Assembly: GCA_965235115.1 (NCBI GenBank)
Contig: OZ249436.1
Span: forward strand, 15,874,001 to 15,938,000
Source of the DNA: Laetmonice hystrix
Lineage: Eukaryota
Direction: 5' to 3'
DNA: 64,000 nucleotides
Positions 24,801 to 38,966 of the stretch are shown here, piece after piece. Positions within the stretch are counted from its first letter, which is position 1. Every line of letters begins with the position of its first letter. The notes under the pieces are model-generated. The model saw only the letters and a program-made list of their open reading frames with translations, had not been told where the DNA came from and searched no databases. Both the position numbers and the translations under genes were made by a program.

Positions 24801-27800
24801 TGACCTGATGATAACTGGGATATTAGCACCCATTCTACACTCACCTTCCTTACTGTTGCAGTGCGTGATAATTCCATTAGAGTATGTAAGTTAAATGAGA
24901 ACAGATACACTGTACCATGAATAACGTTTTGAGACTATCACTATTTAGCTTAATATTCAAAGGTACCAAACACTTTACTCTTTACAAAAATGATCGTTAC
25001 ATTAGCAAAGTTAGCAGACAGCTTTTGTGACTATTTCACTCAGTTCACATAAATTTTTCCAGTCTAAGATGAATTGCAATTTGAGAAATGCTGAAGTTAA
25101 ATGTTTAGCCACAAAAGTTCATGCTTGCAGAGTTTAGTTATTATACATCCAATTACAATTGAAGAAGTACCTAGAAAAAAGCAAGGTATCAATAATATAG
25201 TATTAATACTGACCTGAATTTATTAACCATTTCACCTTTTTCCACATTTTAGGAAGTTCGAAAGCGTGAAGGCATTTCAGAGATCGATCCCTTTGATGAG
25301 ACAGTTCGAAGGGAACTTTTGACAGAAAAATTTACAATCTTGGTAAGTTCATGGCTGAATAAAATGTACATTTTATTGATTTTAGATGTTTTTTCACCAG
25401 GATTTCACATCAAAATGAGTGCTATTATGGTTGGTTGTGTCTTGACAAAATAACTTGACAAAGTTTATTGTGGACTATATTACAGTCAGGTCGTGACACC
25501 TCAGGTGCAGCAATAGCACTCTTCACCGCCCGTCTTCACCAACCTCAGCGGACGACCCATCAAGCTGTTCTTAAAGGACTTGTGTTTCAGCTTGATGCAG
25601 CACTGCAAAGGTGTGATAGTAAACTACATCAGATTTACTTAGTGAATCAAAAGATTGATATAACTTCTGTTATATGTTGCCCTATCCACATTATGTTAAA
25701 AACATGTTCTCTAGGAATCGTAATTCTCTATGCCTTGTTTTCACAATATGTGTGTAGAATTACTCCCTCTTAATGTTTCCTGTTACTTTGACATTTTTGC
25801 AGTGTTCAGACCCAACGGGATGGTTTGGTTTTCATCTATGACATGACTAGTTCACGCTACAACAACTTTGATTATGAACTCAGCATTAAAATCCTCTCCC
25901 TATTAAAGGTCAGTATATATATTGAATGTGGTTGTTGGTCAGTACGGAAAGAATTCAGTGTGTCGGTATGCAGCTTTCAGTAGGTCATCGACTGTCACCA
26001 AGCCATCCTGCTTGATGCTCTTTATAGTGTAATCTCACCTAGCTAAAGATCTCTAAAAGCACTAATCAATGAACTTATGCATGTTGGGTGATCTCAGAAT
26101 ATTTCCATGTTTGTTGTTATTAATATAATACCGGTAGTGTAGATGATACTAGATCTATACCAGATAACCCTAATTGAATGAATTTAAGTGATGGAGGAGA
26201 GTGGTTAGCTTGGCTTTGGGTCAAATAAGGACTTTTAGGAGTATTGGTATTTGTAAGCCAGTTGGTGCTGACCACTGGTTGACCTCAGTGGGAGGACAGC
26301 TGGCCCTCCCTCTGGCATCTGCCTGCCAGCCCTACTCAGTGACCACCACTGACCTCAGGTGCACTCAGCCAGCTAACTGCTCACTACAACCATCCTGTAG
26401 TAATTCCAGATTCTCTTCCTGTGTCGAAATATTAGCCAAAATCTTATCAGATAAAGTTGTTCCTGCCTTGTCTGGGTTGATAATGGTTTGGCAAATCGCC
26501 AGGTTCACAGACTGGTGAAAAGATGTGGACTTTTAAAATCTATAAAATTTACATGTAAAAAAGTACATGTAAATTAATGAAAATATAATAAATTATCATA
26601 CAAAAAGGCCTTTTTTTAAATTGTATAATTACATCTAGACCTTTTGTTCTGATTAAAAGCATGCAGCTGACTGCAAACACAGAAATTTGATTTTAATAGA
26701 GGTGCTTTCTGTTGTTAGTAATTAACAGGAATAAACAATTGCTTTATATCAGACTGGCCAATAGAGCCAATCTTGTCATTAGAAAAATGTTAAAACTCTG
26801 TTTAGCCGATGACATAATTGATGGTCACTCCCTCCTTATGTTTGCCAAATCACAGTAGACTGTAGGTAAGTGATCATACAGCAGGCATCTTGACCCTGCA
26901 CTCTACACTCTAGTGGTTGCCATTGTTGGTGTCAGGATCTATACCATAGCCCAGTATGACAGGGTGCCGTTTTGCTTTGTACTCCCACTTGCTCTCACAT
27001 CACCTGCAGATCTGGCTGGGAAAGGAGACTTGCATGTTAGTTAAGACATGACAATAGTAACTACAGAGCAGTTTATCCCACACCTAGACCTGGGTGTAGG
27101 ATTTCAATGTCAGATTTCTGTGTCGGTATTTCCATGAAGATACCCTTTGTTGCAGACATGGTGTAATAAAATAAGATCACCAGTACTCTCTCACTAGTCT
27201 TGGTCTAAGGAAAACTAACTTTTTTGACTCATGATATATGAAATGTAATCATGTAGAGTACCAAGTAACTAACTAGGCTACCCCAAATTCACCTCATGCA
27301 AGGTAGCCCCCAGGAATTGCCCTCTGTCTAATAACATTCCTTCCTTATGTGTGTTGTGTAGGATTTGCACCTACATTTATGACCAACTAGAGTCACGACC
27401 ATTGCACATGTATAAGAAGATTTGTTATAGTTGGGTTTCCTTCAAGATAGTGCTATCACTTTTAAAGTGTGCATCCTGACATGAAAAGAGAATAATGGGG
27501 GTTTGTAAAATATAGGACATAGAGTAAGTTTGAGATACTGTTTGTCAAGATACTGGTCTAGATACCGTATATGTCCCTTTAGCCGCGCATATGCTTGTGC
27601 AGAAAAGCATTGCGCGGCAATAGGGAGGTTGCGCCGGGAGCTTACAAAATTTTACACTAGGTGGCGCATCGAATAGGGGTTTCCGGCACAGCTTGTGTGA
27701 AAAAATGCGGGGGTGCGCGGCAAATAGGAAGTGCGCGGCTAAAGGGACATATACGGTATATCAGCTCCGGAGACATTTCAGTAACTGCTGGTAGTGGAAT

Positions 27801-30800
27801 CAAAGAAACAAACTCTTGTTTCATTATTGTAAGATAGGTGAGATGACTATAACAGTAGATTTACCATCAATATAATGAAGAAATCTTTCTTTCTTTGGAA
27901 CAGGGTAGCTACCCGGCCCGTCTCAAGAAAGTTTTGATTGTAACAGCCCCTCTGTGGTTCAGGGCCCCTTTCAAAATATTGAGGCTCTTTGTTCGAGAGA
28001 AACTGAGAGATCGGGTAAGTATAGATCTTATATGCTGCAGTACTATTAGGATTGTTACACAAGTTTTGAAAGAAATCCTTTATATGGACCATATTCAGCA
28101 TATTTCAGGATTTAAATGATTGGTCTTGGTGATTACATGTTTTGAACAGATATTGAAGAATGTTTGGTAGATTTTTGAAGGGGAGCGGGGCGGGAACCAG
28201 TAACGTTTAGGTGATATGGTATTTTCTCTTTTTCAGGTATTCACAGTCAATCTCACACAGTTGCCATTGCACATTCCTATGAACTGTCTGCCCCGGCATT
28301 TAGGAGGTCTCGCAGATGTGAAGCACAAAGACTGGCTACGGAAGTGTCTCCAAGTAAACTCAGATGGACAGACGTCACACATTGACAATGATATTGCAGC
28401 TTTCTTTGATGTAGTTGACAATGCTTACCCTACACCAACAGAACTAAGCCTGTCAAGTGTGGCTAGCGGGGCGACAACTCCGTCGTCGTGGTCAGAGCAG
28501 TCCATAGCGACGACAGTGAGCTCTGATATGGATGTCGACTGTCCCAAGGTCAGGGTGAGCTCAAGTTATTGTTTCTAGTCTAACAGTCATAAAAGAAAAA
28601 GTCAATATCTATTACTAAAAATTTGCATGTCTGAAGTTTGTGAACTTGTGGTTTAGTTCAGTAATGTGTAGTTTTGATTTCTTAATTACACCCGGGCGCA
28701 GTTTGTTGATGTGGGTTGAGTCTTTAGCTGGAAGTAGCTCCTGAAAGTTTATGACTCATGACATTGAGCAGTAAATTTTGACTTGAGTTCCATCAAGTCA
28801 CCAGGCCCTGGTAAGGAAAACTACTCATGGACGTCGTGGCTGAAGCAGTGGTACATTGACTGGTGTAAACAACTCAGTGTTCTCTTTACAGGAAACTATT
28901 CCTGAGAAGCAGAATGCCGAGGACCAGGAGAAGGAGGTGTCTGTGGAGAAAGATCCACACCCTCTGGCACCAGCTCCCCCAAATGATACCAACCACCTGG
29001 CCACACAGGTCGGTCCTTCACCACCCTGTAAGCGGGCCTCCGACACCTCAGCTGCCATAGCTGGTGAGCACCCCCCACCTTTGCTGCCCCGTAAAAGACG
29101 CCCTTTCTCAACGTATGTAACAGATGATTTTGAATCAATCCATCGGCCAGAAGAGGGTGGCATGTCAGTCGTGGAACTGGTGGAACATGTAAAGGGGCTC
29201 GGACGGAAGGGGCTGTTCCACGAGTACGCCATCATCAAGAACGAACCTCCAGCAGGAACATTTGACATATCCAAGTGAGCACAAAATTGGTTTTTCTTAG
29301 TATCCCAGAACTCCGAAATCCTTAGAAGCTTTGGTTAGTTTGGCATCTGCTAGAATTTCAAGGTCACTAGGAAAGTTAAACAAAATGTCACAACCTGTAG
29401 CAAAGATTTGTACATTTTGGTCAAGACGGAGGTTTCCCTTTAACATATCTTGATCACATGACAGAACAGTTTTTATAGATTTAATCGCTCTCTTTTTTTG
29501 GCCCGAGATAATAGGAGGAACTAGGTAACTAAATTAATCAGTATACATTACATTATAATTTAGAAGAGTTCAATATTTCACTTTTTTTTTTTCATTGTTC
29601 GACGTATCTAAATTAAGATGAATGTTTTTCAGAGCCAAGTATAACTTGCCAAAGAACCGGTACACCGATGTTCTCTGCCAAGACCAAACACGGGTCCATC
29701 TGGCTCCCTGTGAAGGGGACCCATCTTCGGATTACGTTAATGCCAACTTTGTGGATGGGTACAAGCAGAAAAATGCTTACATCTCCACACAAGGTTAGGC
29801 TGCGTAAAGTATAATAATTCTAGCTAGTATGATAGTTACCTGATATGTTTCAACTCCAGGTCCAAATGTAGTTGGGTAAAGTTGTGCAATAAATGATCTT
29901 GTACTGGAGTAATTGTCCACATGTCAAGCCTAGTGTATAAAACGATTTCTATGTGACTTTTAAATGTAATTGCAGGTCCTCTGCCTCGAACATTCCCTGA
30001 CTTTTGGAGGATGGTCTGGGAACAGCAGGTGCTCATTATTGTCATGACAACAAGGTATTTTGTTATCTAAACCTAACAGTTTTAATACAAAGAAATTTTA
30101 TACTTTGAGGCTTTGAATATTCTGAGAAAGTAATGACCACATCGTTCACAAAGCCATCAAGAAGGGTTTTAGTGTTATAGAAGGTGGTAATGATATCCTT
30201 TTGAGGGATTTTACTGAAGATGGTCCAGTTCAAACACTAGAAAGGAAAAGATATGTTTGTTTCTTTTGGATTATCATTATGTGATAACTTCTTTTTTAGA
30301 CTTCTAATCTTAACTGATTTATTTAAAACCAGGACTGTGGAAAGAAGTCGTTTGAAATGTGGCCAGTACTGGCCGGCGGAAGAGTCAGAAGGTGATGACT
30401 TTGGTCAGTTTATCGTGATCAACAATGGTGTTGACAAACGCAAAGATTACAACATTACCTCCCTCATAGTGCAAAATACAAAGGTAAGTTTATTTATTGG
30501 AGTGTCAGTTTTGAAAGAGGACATTTGGGAGATGTGTTATGGCTTCTTTAGACATAATTCTTGAGCAGGATTGCTAAACTCATGCCATTTCTTTCTCTTT
30601 GGCTATATTCCAAAAATGTGCTACATTAAGATACATTAAGGTATAAATAATACACATGTATATTTAAGTCCTTGTAGAAAGACTCCCAAATTCCCAGAGT
30701 AACATAGCCCTGGGATACTAAAGAGATATGGCTACTGATGAGAGAATTTCTCTGATATTTCAATGTTAAATTGCCTGTGTTTTTTTTTTTACAGACGGGA

Positions 30801-31395
30801 GAAACACGAGAGGTGACCCATTTCCAATTTACTGGATGGCCAGACTATGGTGTTCCTCCCTCAGCTGTCTCATTCCTTGACATCATGTTTCACGTGCGGC
30901 AGCATCAAGCTGAGCGGGTATCTGAACTGGGTGAAACATGGCCAGGCCACCCGCTGGGGCCACCTATTGTAATACACTGTAGTGCAGGCATTGGTCGAAC
31001 AGGTAATTAATTATTTACATTCACTCATCATATTAATAATGTTCCTTATCAAAAAATAAACCCTTATATTTGGACAAGGGAAGCATCTGTCCTACCCATG
31101 AAATACTACCTTGAATGATTTAAACACTGAAGAAAAAACTATATTATGTTTCCTTTTTTCTCCTAAAGGTACTTTTATCACTATGGATATTTCAACTCGG
31201 CGCCTGGCTGATATTGGCACTGTGGACGTGCGACAGACTGTAAGACGGATCAGAACACACCGTGCTTTTAGCATCCAAATGCCGGACCAGTACGTCTTCT
31301 GTCACCTGGCTTTAATCGAGCATGCCCAGCGGGAAGGTCTGCTCAACGAGGCTGACCTGGCGGGCTTCGATGACAGCAGTGATGAAAGTGATTGA
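18891..31395 (+). CDS. PTPN9: Tyrosine-protein phosphatase non-receptor type 9 (PTP-MEG2; CRAL-TRIO/Sec14 + PTP), 13 exons, about 710 aa
   Basis: Exons 18891-18923, 24629-24775, 25253-25342, 25486-25610, 25803-25908, 27904-28014, 28237-28548 (or 28554), 28892-29274, 29633-29793, 29976-30054, 30333-30483, 30795-31002, 31169-31395; all GT-AG and in frame (2133 nt). Motifs: [65 protein letters not shown]. Confidence 0.96.
19358..19716. mobile_element. Probable non-autonomous foldback element with internal hairpin (Crypton-like style), PTPN9 intron 1
   Basis: GCGAGCGCAGCGA near the left end and TCGCTTGCGCTCGC near the right end are inverted copies; internal 22-bp stem at 19460-19517. Boundaries and family are uncertain. 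Confidence 0.4.
21131..21306. mobile_element. Degenerate MITE (PIF/Harbinger-like) in PTPN9 intron 1
   Basis: Inverted pair TTATAGTCCATTGGCCGATCATCGCTGA and (reverse complement) TTATAGTCAGTCGGCCGACCATCGCCGA, with outer GGCCTTA...TAAGGCC. Confidence 0.5.
27565..27756. mobile_element. pogo/Tigger-type MITE, 192 bp, in PTPN9 intron 5
   Basis: Perfect 25-bp TIR CCGTATATGTCCCTTTAGCCGCGCA with TA on both flanks; CpG-rich inside a CpG-poor intron, suggesting a young insertion. Confidence 0.9.
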
Positions 31396-34300
31396 TCCTA
31401 ATCACATCAGCTGTTTTTCCAATCATTGATTCTTCATGTAATTGCTACGTTACAAACTTTCATGGAAAGATCACATTCACAGGAGCTGCAGTCCGATTTA
31501 GATTTCATGAAAAGACCAGCTGCTTTGTTACAGTGATAAAGGATTTTTTTATTTTGAGGGGGGGAGGGGGGTAAGCATCTCTGCTTTTGGTGTGCATTGT
31601 TAGGGTCGTCAGTCGTAATGTCATAGACTTTGTTACTAGAAGTAACATCTCTCACACTCCCCAGCTGTATCAGGCTGATGTTTTGGCTAGTGAACAAATG
31701 TTTGCTTTAAGTTTGGAGGCAGTTTCATGGTAAATAATCATAGAAAGTAGTGACTTGTTTTCATATCATAACTTCTGTTCATGGTTGAAAATATCTTGAA
31801 TTATATTTTAAGGTTCTTGGGGCATGTGTTATGATGTGGGCACAAGGCACTATGTACAATTATGTATACCTAGTGATATTAAGATAGTTATTTATGTCAT
31901 TCGAGTGCAAGTGTGGTTTGCAAGGTAGACAGGTTAAATAAAACGTGGAACAGAGTGACGAGATACACCGTATAGCTGGTCAGTCTGCAGTCATGTGAGC
32001 CATAACCTGGTCTGGGATTTATTTTTAAAGCCAGGTATGGGAATGGACATGTACATTTGTGTGCCATTCTATGTGCAATATTTATCTCCATTTACCAGTG
32101 TTACTTGGTATGACGCTGTGAAGGGCCCGCCTCATAAACAGAGATCATAGCAACACAGTTAACACGAGAGTGATCATAGACATGTCCAGACGACGTCAGG
32201 ATAGTTTCATCGACCATGGAACATTTGTGATTATGAACACGAGATCGGATGTGTAATTAACTTTGGATAGGCTGATATGAAACAAAGCCAGCTAACAAAC
32301 ATTGATGTACTGAAACAGATTATTCAGAAATTTTCTGTAACACTTGGTATATTTTTCTATCAGTCGTGTATGATGTGTAGGCTGGTGGCCCTTTGACCTA
32401 GTAGTGCTCATGTCATATTGCCCAGCCATCATTTCAAATACTCCTGAATCCCACAGAAAGGTGCCAAGTGGACTCTGCCAGCCGGGAGACGAGGTTGGCA
32501 GCTTCCAAGTGCTGCATAGACGTGATCAAACTCTCTGTACCGAGAAGATGTCAGATCTGGACACCATTGTTGTCCTTGTGTTGTCAGGGTATGAAAACTG
32601 TCACTCAAGTCTGACTCTTACAGAGGTTTGACTCTGTAACCCAAGCTGACCTTTTAATGTCCTCCAGTCAATGTACACATTTCAGGTAGGATTTGAGGGA
32701 AACAAACAGAGGCCTAGTAATGTACAGTCATTATCAGGCTGCCGTTTTCCACCAAAGTACATGTAATTTGTATATTAAAATACCTAATTGATGGAAATCT
32801 TGTACTTGACTGATTGGGACACTGATTGGGAGGTAGGATATTTAATGTGGCGGAGCTGTGACTAGATTGGCTCCGTGTCTGGAGTCGACTGGTCACACCT
32901 TGTCACAATTGTTTCATCTACAACTACACCGGTCTGTCTCAGCCAGTTCAATTATTGGAGTCGTACAAGTGGAAATAACTCTATACTGAAACAGCTGCTG
33001 GTTTAAAGATATCATATCATCAACCCTAGTGTGCACCTTTTCTGACCTACCTCAGAGAATACACCTTTGTCTGAGACATGGGGAAAAGCTTCTCAGACCA
33101 AGGCCTGACATCCACTAAGGATGTTTAGTTCATGAAGAAAGAAGCATGAGTAGATGAATCTGTCATCAATCACTAAATTACGCCCCCAGTTCCCACATTG
33201 AAGATTTGAAAGAGGGCAAGGCAAGCGACTGAAATGGTTTTAAGAACGGTGGAAATCAAAGGCCATAGTAATAAAGTAGTGAGGCTAGAACTACAAGCAG
33301 TCACGTGATAGAATTGGCCTGGTATACAGCTTGATGCAGGGTACCCCACCCGTTGAAGTATCATAACTAACTTATTTATTTTTCTACTTGCAATGTGTAA
33401 TATTTTACATCTCATTTTCAAGTTCAGAGACACGCACAGATATGGAAAAATAAGTCTGTAAAGAAACCCCATTAATGTTTACAAGTATCAGATTTCCAGT
33501 CCCTTAATGGTCCCATTACACGTATTCATATTATAACACCTAATTATGGAAATCGCAGAAGACTGAATATCTTGTGATAATAAACTGACCTTTTTGTTTT
33601 TGCTTCTAAAGGTTAAAGAGGATGGTGCTATTATAATCTGCTCTTAGAAATTGAAATGACCTGAAAGAATCGTTTACTTCTGTGTTGGCTTTCTACAGGA
33701 TGTGTTGCCCCTTTTATAATGGACCTGTTTATTATTGATTTCATGGTGTATAGAATTGCCATCCATTTCACCTCCCAATCTACGACTATAGAGCGATCAA
33801 AAGCTGTTAAAATGGCAGAGCTTCTTATCTCAACGTGTGTGACTCGTCCAAAATACAGTCCAACGGTTGGACTACAAGCTTGAATGGCGCTTGAATTACC
33901 TGGAGTCAGTCATGTAAAATCAGCTCATTTTAAATGGCAGTTTGTGTAGCTACAGCAGTTTTCTAATATCAAAATTATATTTTCTAGTACCGGTACTGGG
34001 TAATGTGAGGCTCAATCTCATACTGGTTCACCGTATACAATGTACCTCCAAGAATTTGCTCGAGAATACCATTTGTCATGGTGAGTCGGGGGTATGTATG
34101 GGAACCCAGTACTGTTACAGTAAGTGTGAAGTCAACATTGATGAACTATTTCCCAAACCAGTGTTTTTTAGTATTCGCCACCTCCCTACGTGAAGGCTAC
34201 AGGGCGAGTATTAGGAATATGTTTAAAACATTTCCTTTTCCGTCACAACTTTCAACAAAACTTTCTGGGTCACCAAGACATCACCAGAGAGAAGCTACCT

Positions 34301-37300
34301 TTTCAACCCGTTCCAAGTGGTGACAGTTCACGGAGTGAGCGATCTCCCATGACCTTTCTGCTTGCCGTAGTGTTGAGCTCTGCTGTTGGTGTTCAAGTCT
34401 CAAGAAACGCCCTGTCCCTGTGATTGTCTCCTACGGTCGTGAGGTGTGTTCAGGCCTGTCTGGTGATGTGTGGTGGCTTCAGATTGTATTTCGGAGCCTG
34501 GGAGGGCCTAGCAATTCACTGGTGGGTCCATAACATTGCATGGCTGGAATGGTGGTCGGGGGTTCTGGTTGTCTGAACTTGTCCAAAGGATTTGATTTGA
34601 ATCAGTTCTCACACCCTGATATTGAGGTGATATGATGCTAGTTATCAATATGATAGGTGTGGAGAGAAGTAAGAAATAAATCGGCGACTGGTGCCTGTGT
34701 CGCCCCCGTGTATGAGATGACAGGAGATGTCTGAGATGGCTGCTGTCATATCTGATCTGTTTGAAGCTTTGGTCTGAGTAAGACGTTAAGTATGGTCGAC
34801 AACCAGGGTATAGAAGTGGGATCGATTACGGAACTCTTGGTCGTGTTTGAGTACACAGGAAACTGACCATCCCTGACGAATAGAGGACACCAGCTGTCAG
34901 AACCTGTTTGATCGGATAAATGGTTGTGTGCATAGTCCCAAATACATGTACCGGTACATTATAGGGAGGCAAGAAAGCCAAACCACTGTAGACTGGTTCA
35001 AGTATGTATCTAACAAGGAAAGGGTCAAACACACTCATGGTTCAAGGTACATGTACTGAGATATTTTGAAAGAGCAATATATATTCACCTGATTGACCTT
35101 AGGTTTACTGAGGTTCAATGTGTGGTCATTGTAATGAAACAAACCAAAGTGCAGGAGGCATCACTACTGTAAATATTGTACAAAGTGGACATATGATATT
35201 GTAAATGTCAGGCATGTACTAGATGATGGCTAACACAAGTAAGCTTTGCCCTACTTTGTTTACCATACAATACTGGTTAGTGTACAAGGACAGCATACAG
35301 TCTAAGGTGGAGGGAGGGGGGATTAAAAGCTAACTCGTTGTCCCACCATTTTATTAAATTTGACCTAAACTTTAATGTCATCCAGTGCACTTGATTGAAT
35401 CAAGAGCCAATCTTGTCCGAGCAATTCGACCGTTCATGGTTTCAGAAATATGAAGTTTTGTGGTATTTCTACTGGAAACAGGTACCGGTAATATTGATTA
35501 CACATACACGTATATCAGTCAGTAATTTGTATTTTCCTAATGATCAGAACAGGAGATTAAGTGAACCGTTGTATCTATAACTAGCATTGAATAATGTTTT
35601 GATAAATTAAAGTGTAAGAAGAAGGAATCTGAGTAACATGTTACCACGACTGGCCCTCACCAACCTGAATTGTCCAAGGTACGAAGAAAACAAATAACCT
35701 AAGAATCAAGTTTCCATGGGTCTACCGGTATGTTCTGATGTTTTCCAGCTGTATATGATTATTTCCAAAACCATCCCGTATCAACATAAGGTTCTAAAAC
35801 ACCGGTGCTAAAACGTAACATGCCTCAATAATGGGCTCAGGCCTTACGTAACTGATACAAATACAATAGGTATGATTTATTTATTGGTAGACGTCTAGGA
35901 GTACCCACACATCCTGATGGTCCTCTACGGTTCCGTTCAGACCTCGTGAGATTGGTTCAAGAAGTACAAATACCGATATGATAATTAATAGCCAGAAACG
36001 TCGCTCAAACAAGCAGTTAGGTCAATTGAAGGTTAATCTAGATGAGCATCGCATGAGTTGGACATAATGTATAAAAGATACACGATTCTGGCGGGTGGGT
36101 ATCCATGCATTGACAGATAACCTGAATGTAAAACGTACAATGCTAGTCAAGTCGTAATTTATATTTCAGCAATTCAAGCACCGATCGTAAAAGAGGCCCC
36201 ATGTATTACTGTACGAGTGGAGTTTTAGCATAAGTTGATATTGATTAGTGTACACGTGCAGCCAGCCGTTCCTGTATCATGATTTGGTTACCGTTAGGTT
36301 TGCCTCACCACGATATGGCGGCTTGACATAGGGAAGGAGTAACGCGTCCTTACATTGTTATCGAGGTGACAATATTCCGTTTAATGAATTTATTCTCAGG
36401 TTGAGATGGGGTAACCAAATAATTTCTTCATCCCTGATGGGGTTTTCATTAGATAGCTTTTACTGTTTCTTGTATCGGTATGACATGTGTTTCCTATGGT
36501 ACAAGGCAATTATTTCTCGAACGCTCGACGGAAATGTCTTGCCAGCTTGTGATAGACGGTCGTGCACATGCCCTTATATAGTGTTGTCGGATCTGAAGTA
36601 CAAAGTACATGTGTACAGTAGCCCTGGTATATATATTAATGTACTGAGAACAACTTCTCATGGTAATATTAAGCTGTAAAGGGATAGAATGGTATTATAC
36701 AGCAAACTTTGGAGAGAGAGAAAAAAAACAAGGAAATGTGACCAAAGATGCGTAGGTTTTTATTCTGGGTAAGGTTAATATCACCAACTATTGAATTGTA
36801 TGAATTCAGACACGCCGTTGTATCAGGCAGGATACATGCCATACGACAGACTGTCAGGCGTTTATTGTTACAGATCTAGACAGAAAGTCCAATACTTCTA
36901 CCGACATTATGTGAACTGTGTGTGTACACTGGGAATACAATAGAATATTCCTTGAATTCTGTAAAAAAAAAAAATGAAAGTACTTAACTGGTCACAAAGT
37001 TTGCGCGTAAGTATGTCAATTTCAGGCAGATTCCGTTGTAGATTTGCCAAGATTAGAAAGAAGTCTGTGATGGATGACTCGGAAAGTTGTAAGTGGGATG
37101 TAGACACAGGGTGTTGTGAGTTGGGGTGGTTACAGAAACCATTGATACCCCTCGTCGATCTTTTGTTTCATTCAGAGTCCAGTCGTAGTCCACAGTACAT
37201 CCTAGTATGATCCACTTTTGTACAGTGTATCACTTCAACGTGATCGTAATTACGTGGTTTGGAAATCAAATGTTAGAGTATTACATATTTTTATCATATT

Positions 37301-37952
37301 ATGATAACATTTAAATACGACCAGTTAAGACTTATATTGTATTGATAGAGCAAGAAATAAACAGCATGTTCATCATGTATACAAGTGCATTATCATTATA
37401 TTATGAAGTACTTGTGTACTATCCGTATAGTTGAGTGATTTCAGGCTCCTATTGACCCGGGAGAGGGAGTGGAGTTACATTTCATAGTTGGGAGGAAGTT
37501 TTAAAACGTCATCATGATCTGTCTGTGGGAGATGAATAAAAACAACACGATTACGAGGAGAATTGTGCGCCTGTGCTTTCAATATCCAAAGTCGGGTATC
37601 CTGCTGACAACTTGACCGACAGGCAGCGCCACAATGTATCGTAACTGCTGTAGTTATAAACCTAGCTAGATTTATACTTACGCGTATTCTGACGTTCGTC
37701 AGTCGTGGTGAAAACGCTTCAGATTCGTCGCGTTCATACCTTTTGGTTACATATTTTTCCACGCGTCAAAAGATACGCGAATAACCTGACATGCACATTC
37801 ATACATCACTGAAAGAAAACCGTAGGACACGATTTCGCCAAGAATTTTCAGCTCGTTCTCCATAGAATAGTCATAAACAGATCCGTACTGTCTTACCACT
37901 TCGATAGGTTTTTCGTTATCCACGGTACGAGCCTTCCTTTTCTTGGTGCCTG

Positions 37953-38103
37953 GATAAGAGTAGGGGTTCGCCCCGATGCCAGGTTTCCTCCTATCATCTC
38001 ATTATCACCCAATTCACCGACTGAGTTAGTTGCCTTGTTCTCGCCCTGAAATAGCTGAAATACTGCTGACTGGGCGTTAAACACCAACTACTCACTCACT
38101 CAC
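37953..38103 (+). mobile_element. 5'-truncated SINE-like retroposon with (ACTC)n tail
   Basis: Perfect 12-bp TSD TCTTGGTGCCTG at 37941-37952 and 38104-38115; 3' end GCTGAAATACTGCTGACTGGGCGTTAAACACCAACTACTCACTCACTCAC. Confidence 0.85.
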
Positions 38104-38960
38104 TCTTGGTGCCTGTCATTTTGAAGCGTCAAAGCTTGAAATACACTGAGTTGAAATAGTGCGTTTGACGTGCGAATGGGATACACGCGTTGTTGCTTTG
38201 CGGTTACGTAATGATCACTGACACGTGCTGCCAGTGTGCCATGGTGCGCAAACCCTCGCGTCGGATGAGCGCAAAGATTTTACGTGCGTATCAGAAATAC
38301 GCGGGAAGTAGGCTGGTTTTACAATGTGTCGGTGGAAGATGAAAAATGCCTAGCTCATTTCTTACACGCGATTACTAGGGGAATTTATGGCGCATACAAA
38401 GTCGACAGGCAGCGCTACAATGTACCGTAACTGCTGTAGTCATGATGCTAAGGTAGAGTTCAAATGAATCCTGGGGATTCCCGAAGTGAATTCAACATAC
38501 TATTGCCATCAGTCGGCTCCCGTCCTTTTTTACCCGTATTTATTGGCTAGAATCATAACTTTAGACACAAGGTCAAGCCCCTGGTTTATTACAAAAATGT
38601 ATGAAAGGTTCCCAGAGGAGTAGATGGGGGGGGGGGGGATTATATTTCAGTATTAAGAATTTTAAGCAAGCGTATTATAGTCAGAATTCTACCACTAGCA
38701 CAAATCACTTTTTTCCTTTAATGTAATCATCTCACTTTGATCCAAATCTCTTTAGAGTCGACATAATGACAGTCTTTTATAATGGGTTACCCGGGTAGTC
38801 AGAGTATAGAGGAGAGCAGAGCACGACACCCAGAGGAAACAGCCTCAGACCTGCCAGCGGGAATTACTTCCAATCAGCAATCGGATTCATACAAGCTCTT
38901 CAACATGTCCAAGTACTACAGATGAAAAACACTGATACCGTGTGGCCTTTAAATGCGACA

Positions 38961-38966
38961 TTTATT
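38961..38966 (-). terminator. Candidate polyadenylation signal of GALT
   Basis: AATAAA on the minus strand about 730 nt after the GALT stop codon. Confidence 0.5.

Noticed and set aside
28825..29274. 149-aa minus-strand ORF
   Set aside because: Antisense shadow of PTPN9 exon 8.
30735..30760. CTGATGA-GAGA-ATT-TCTC hammerhead-like core
   Set aside because: Followed by TGATATT rather than GAAA, with no supporting stems.
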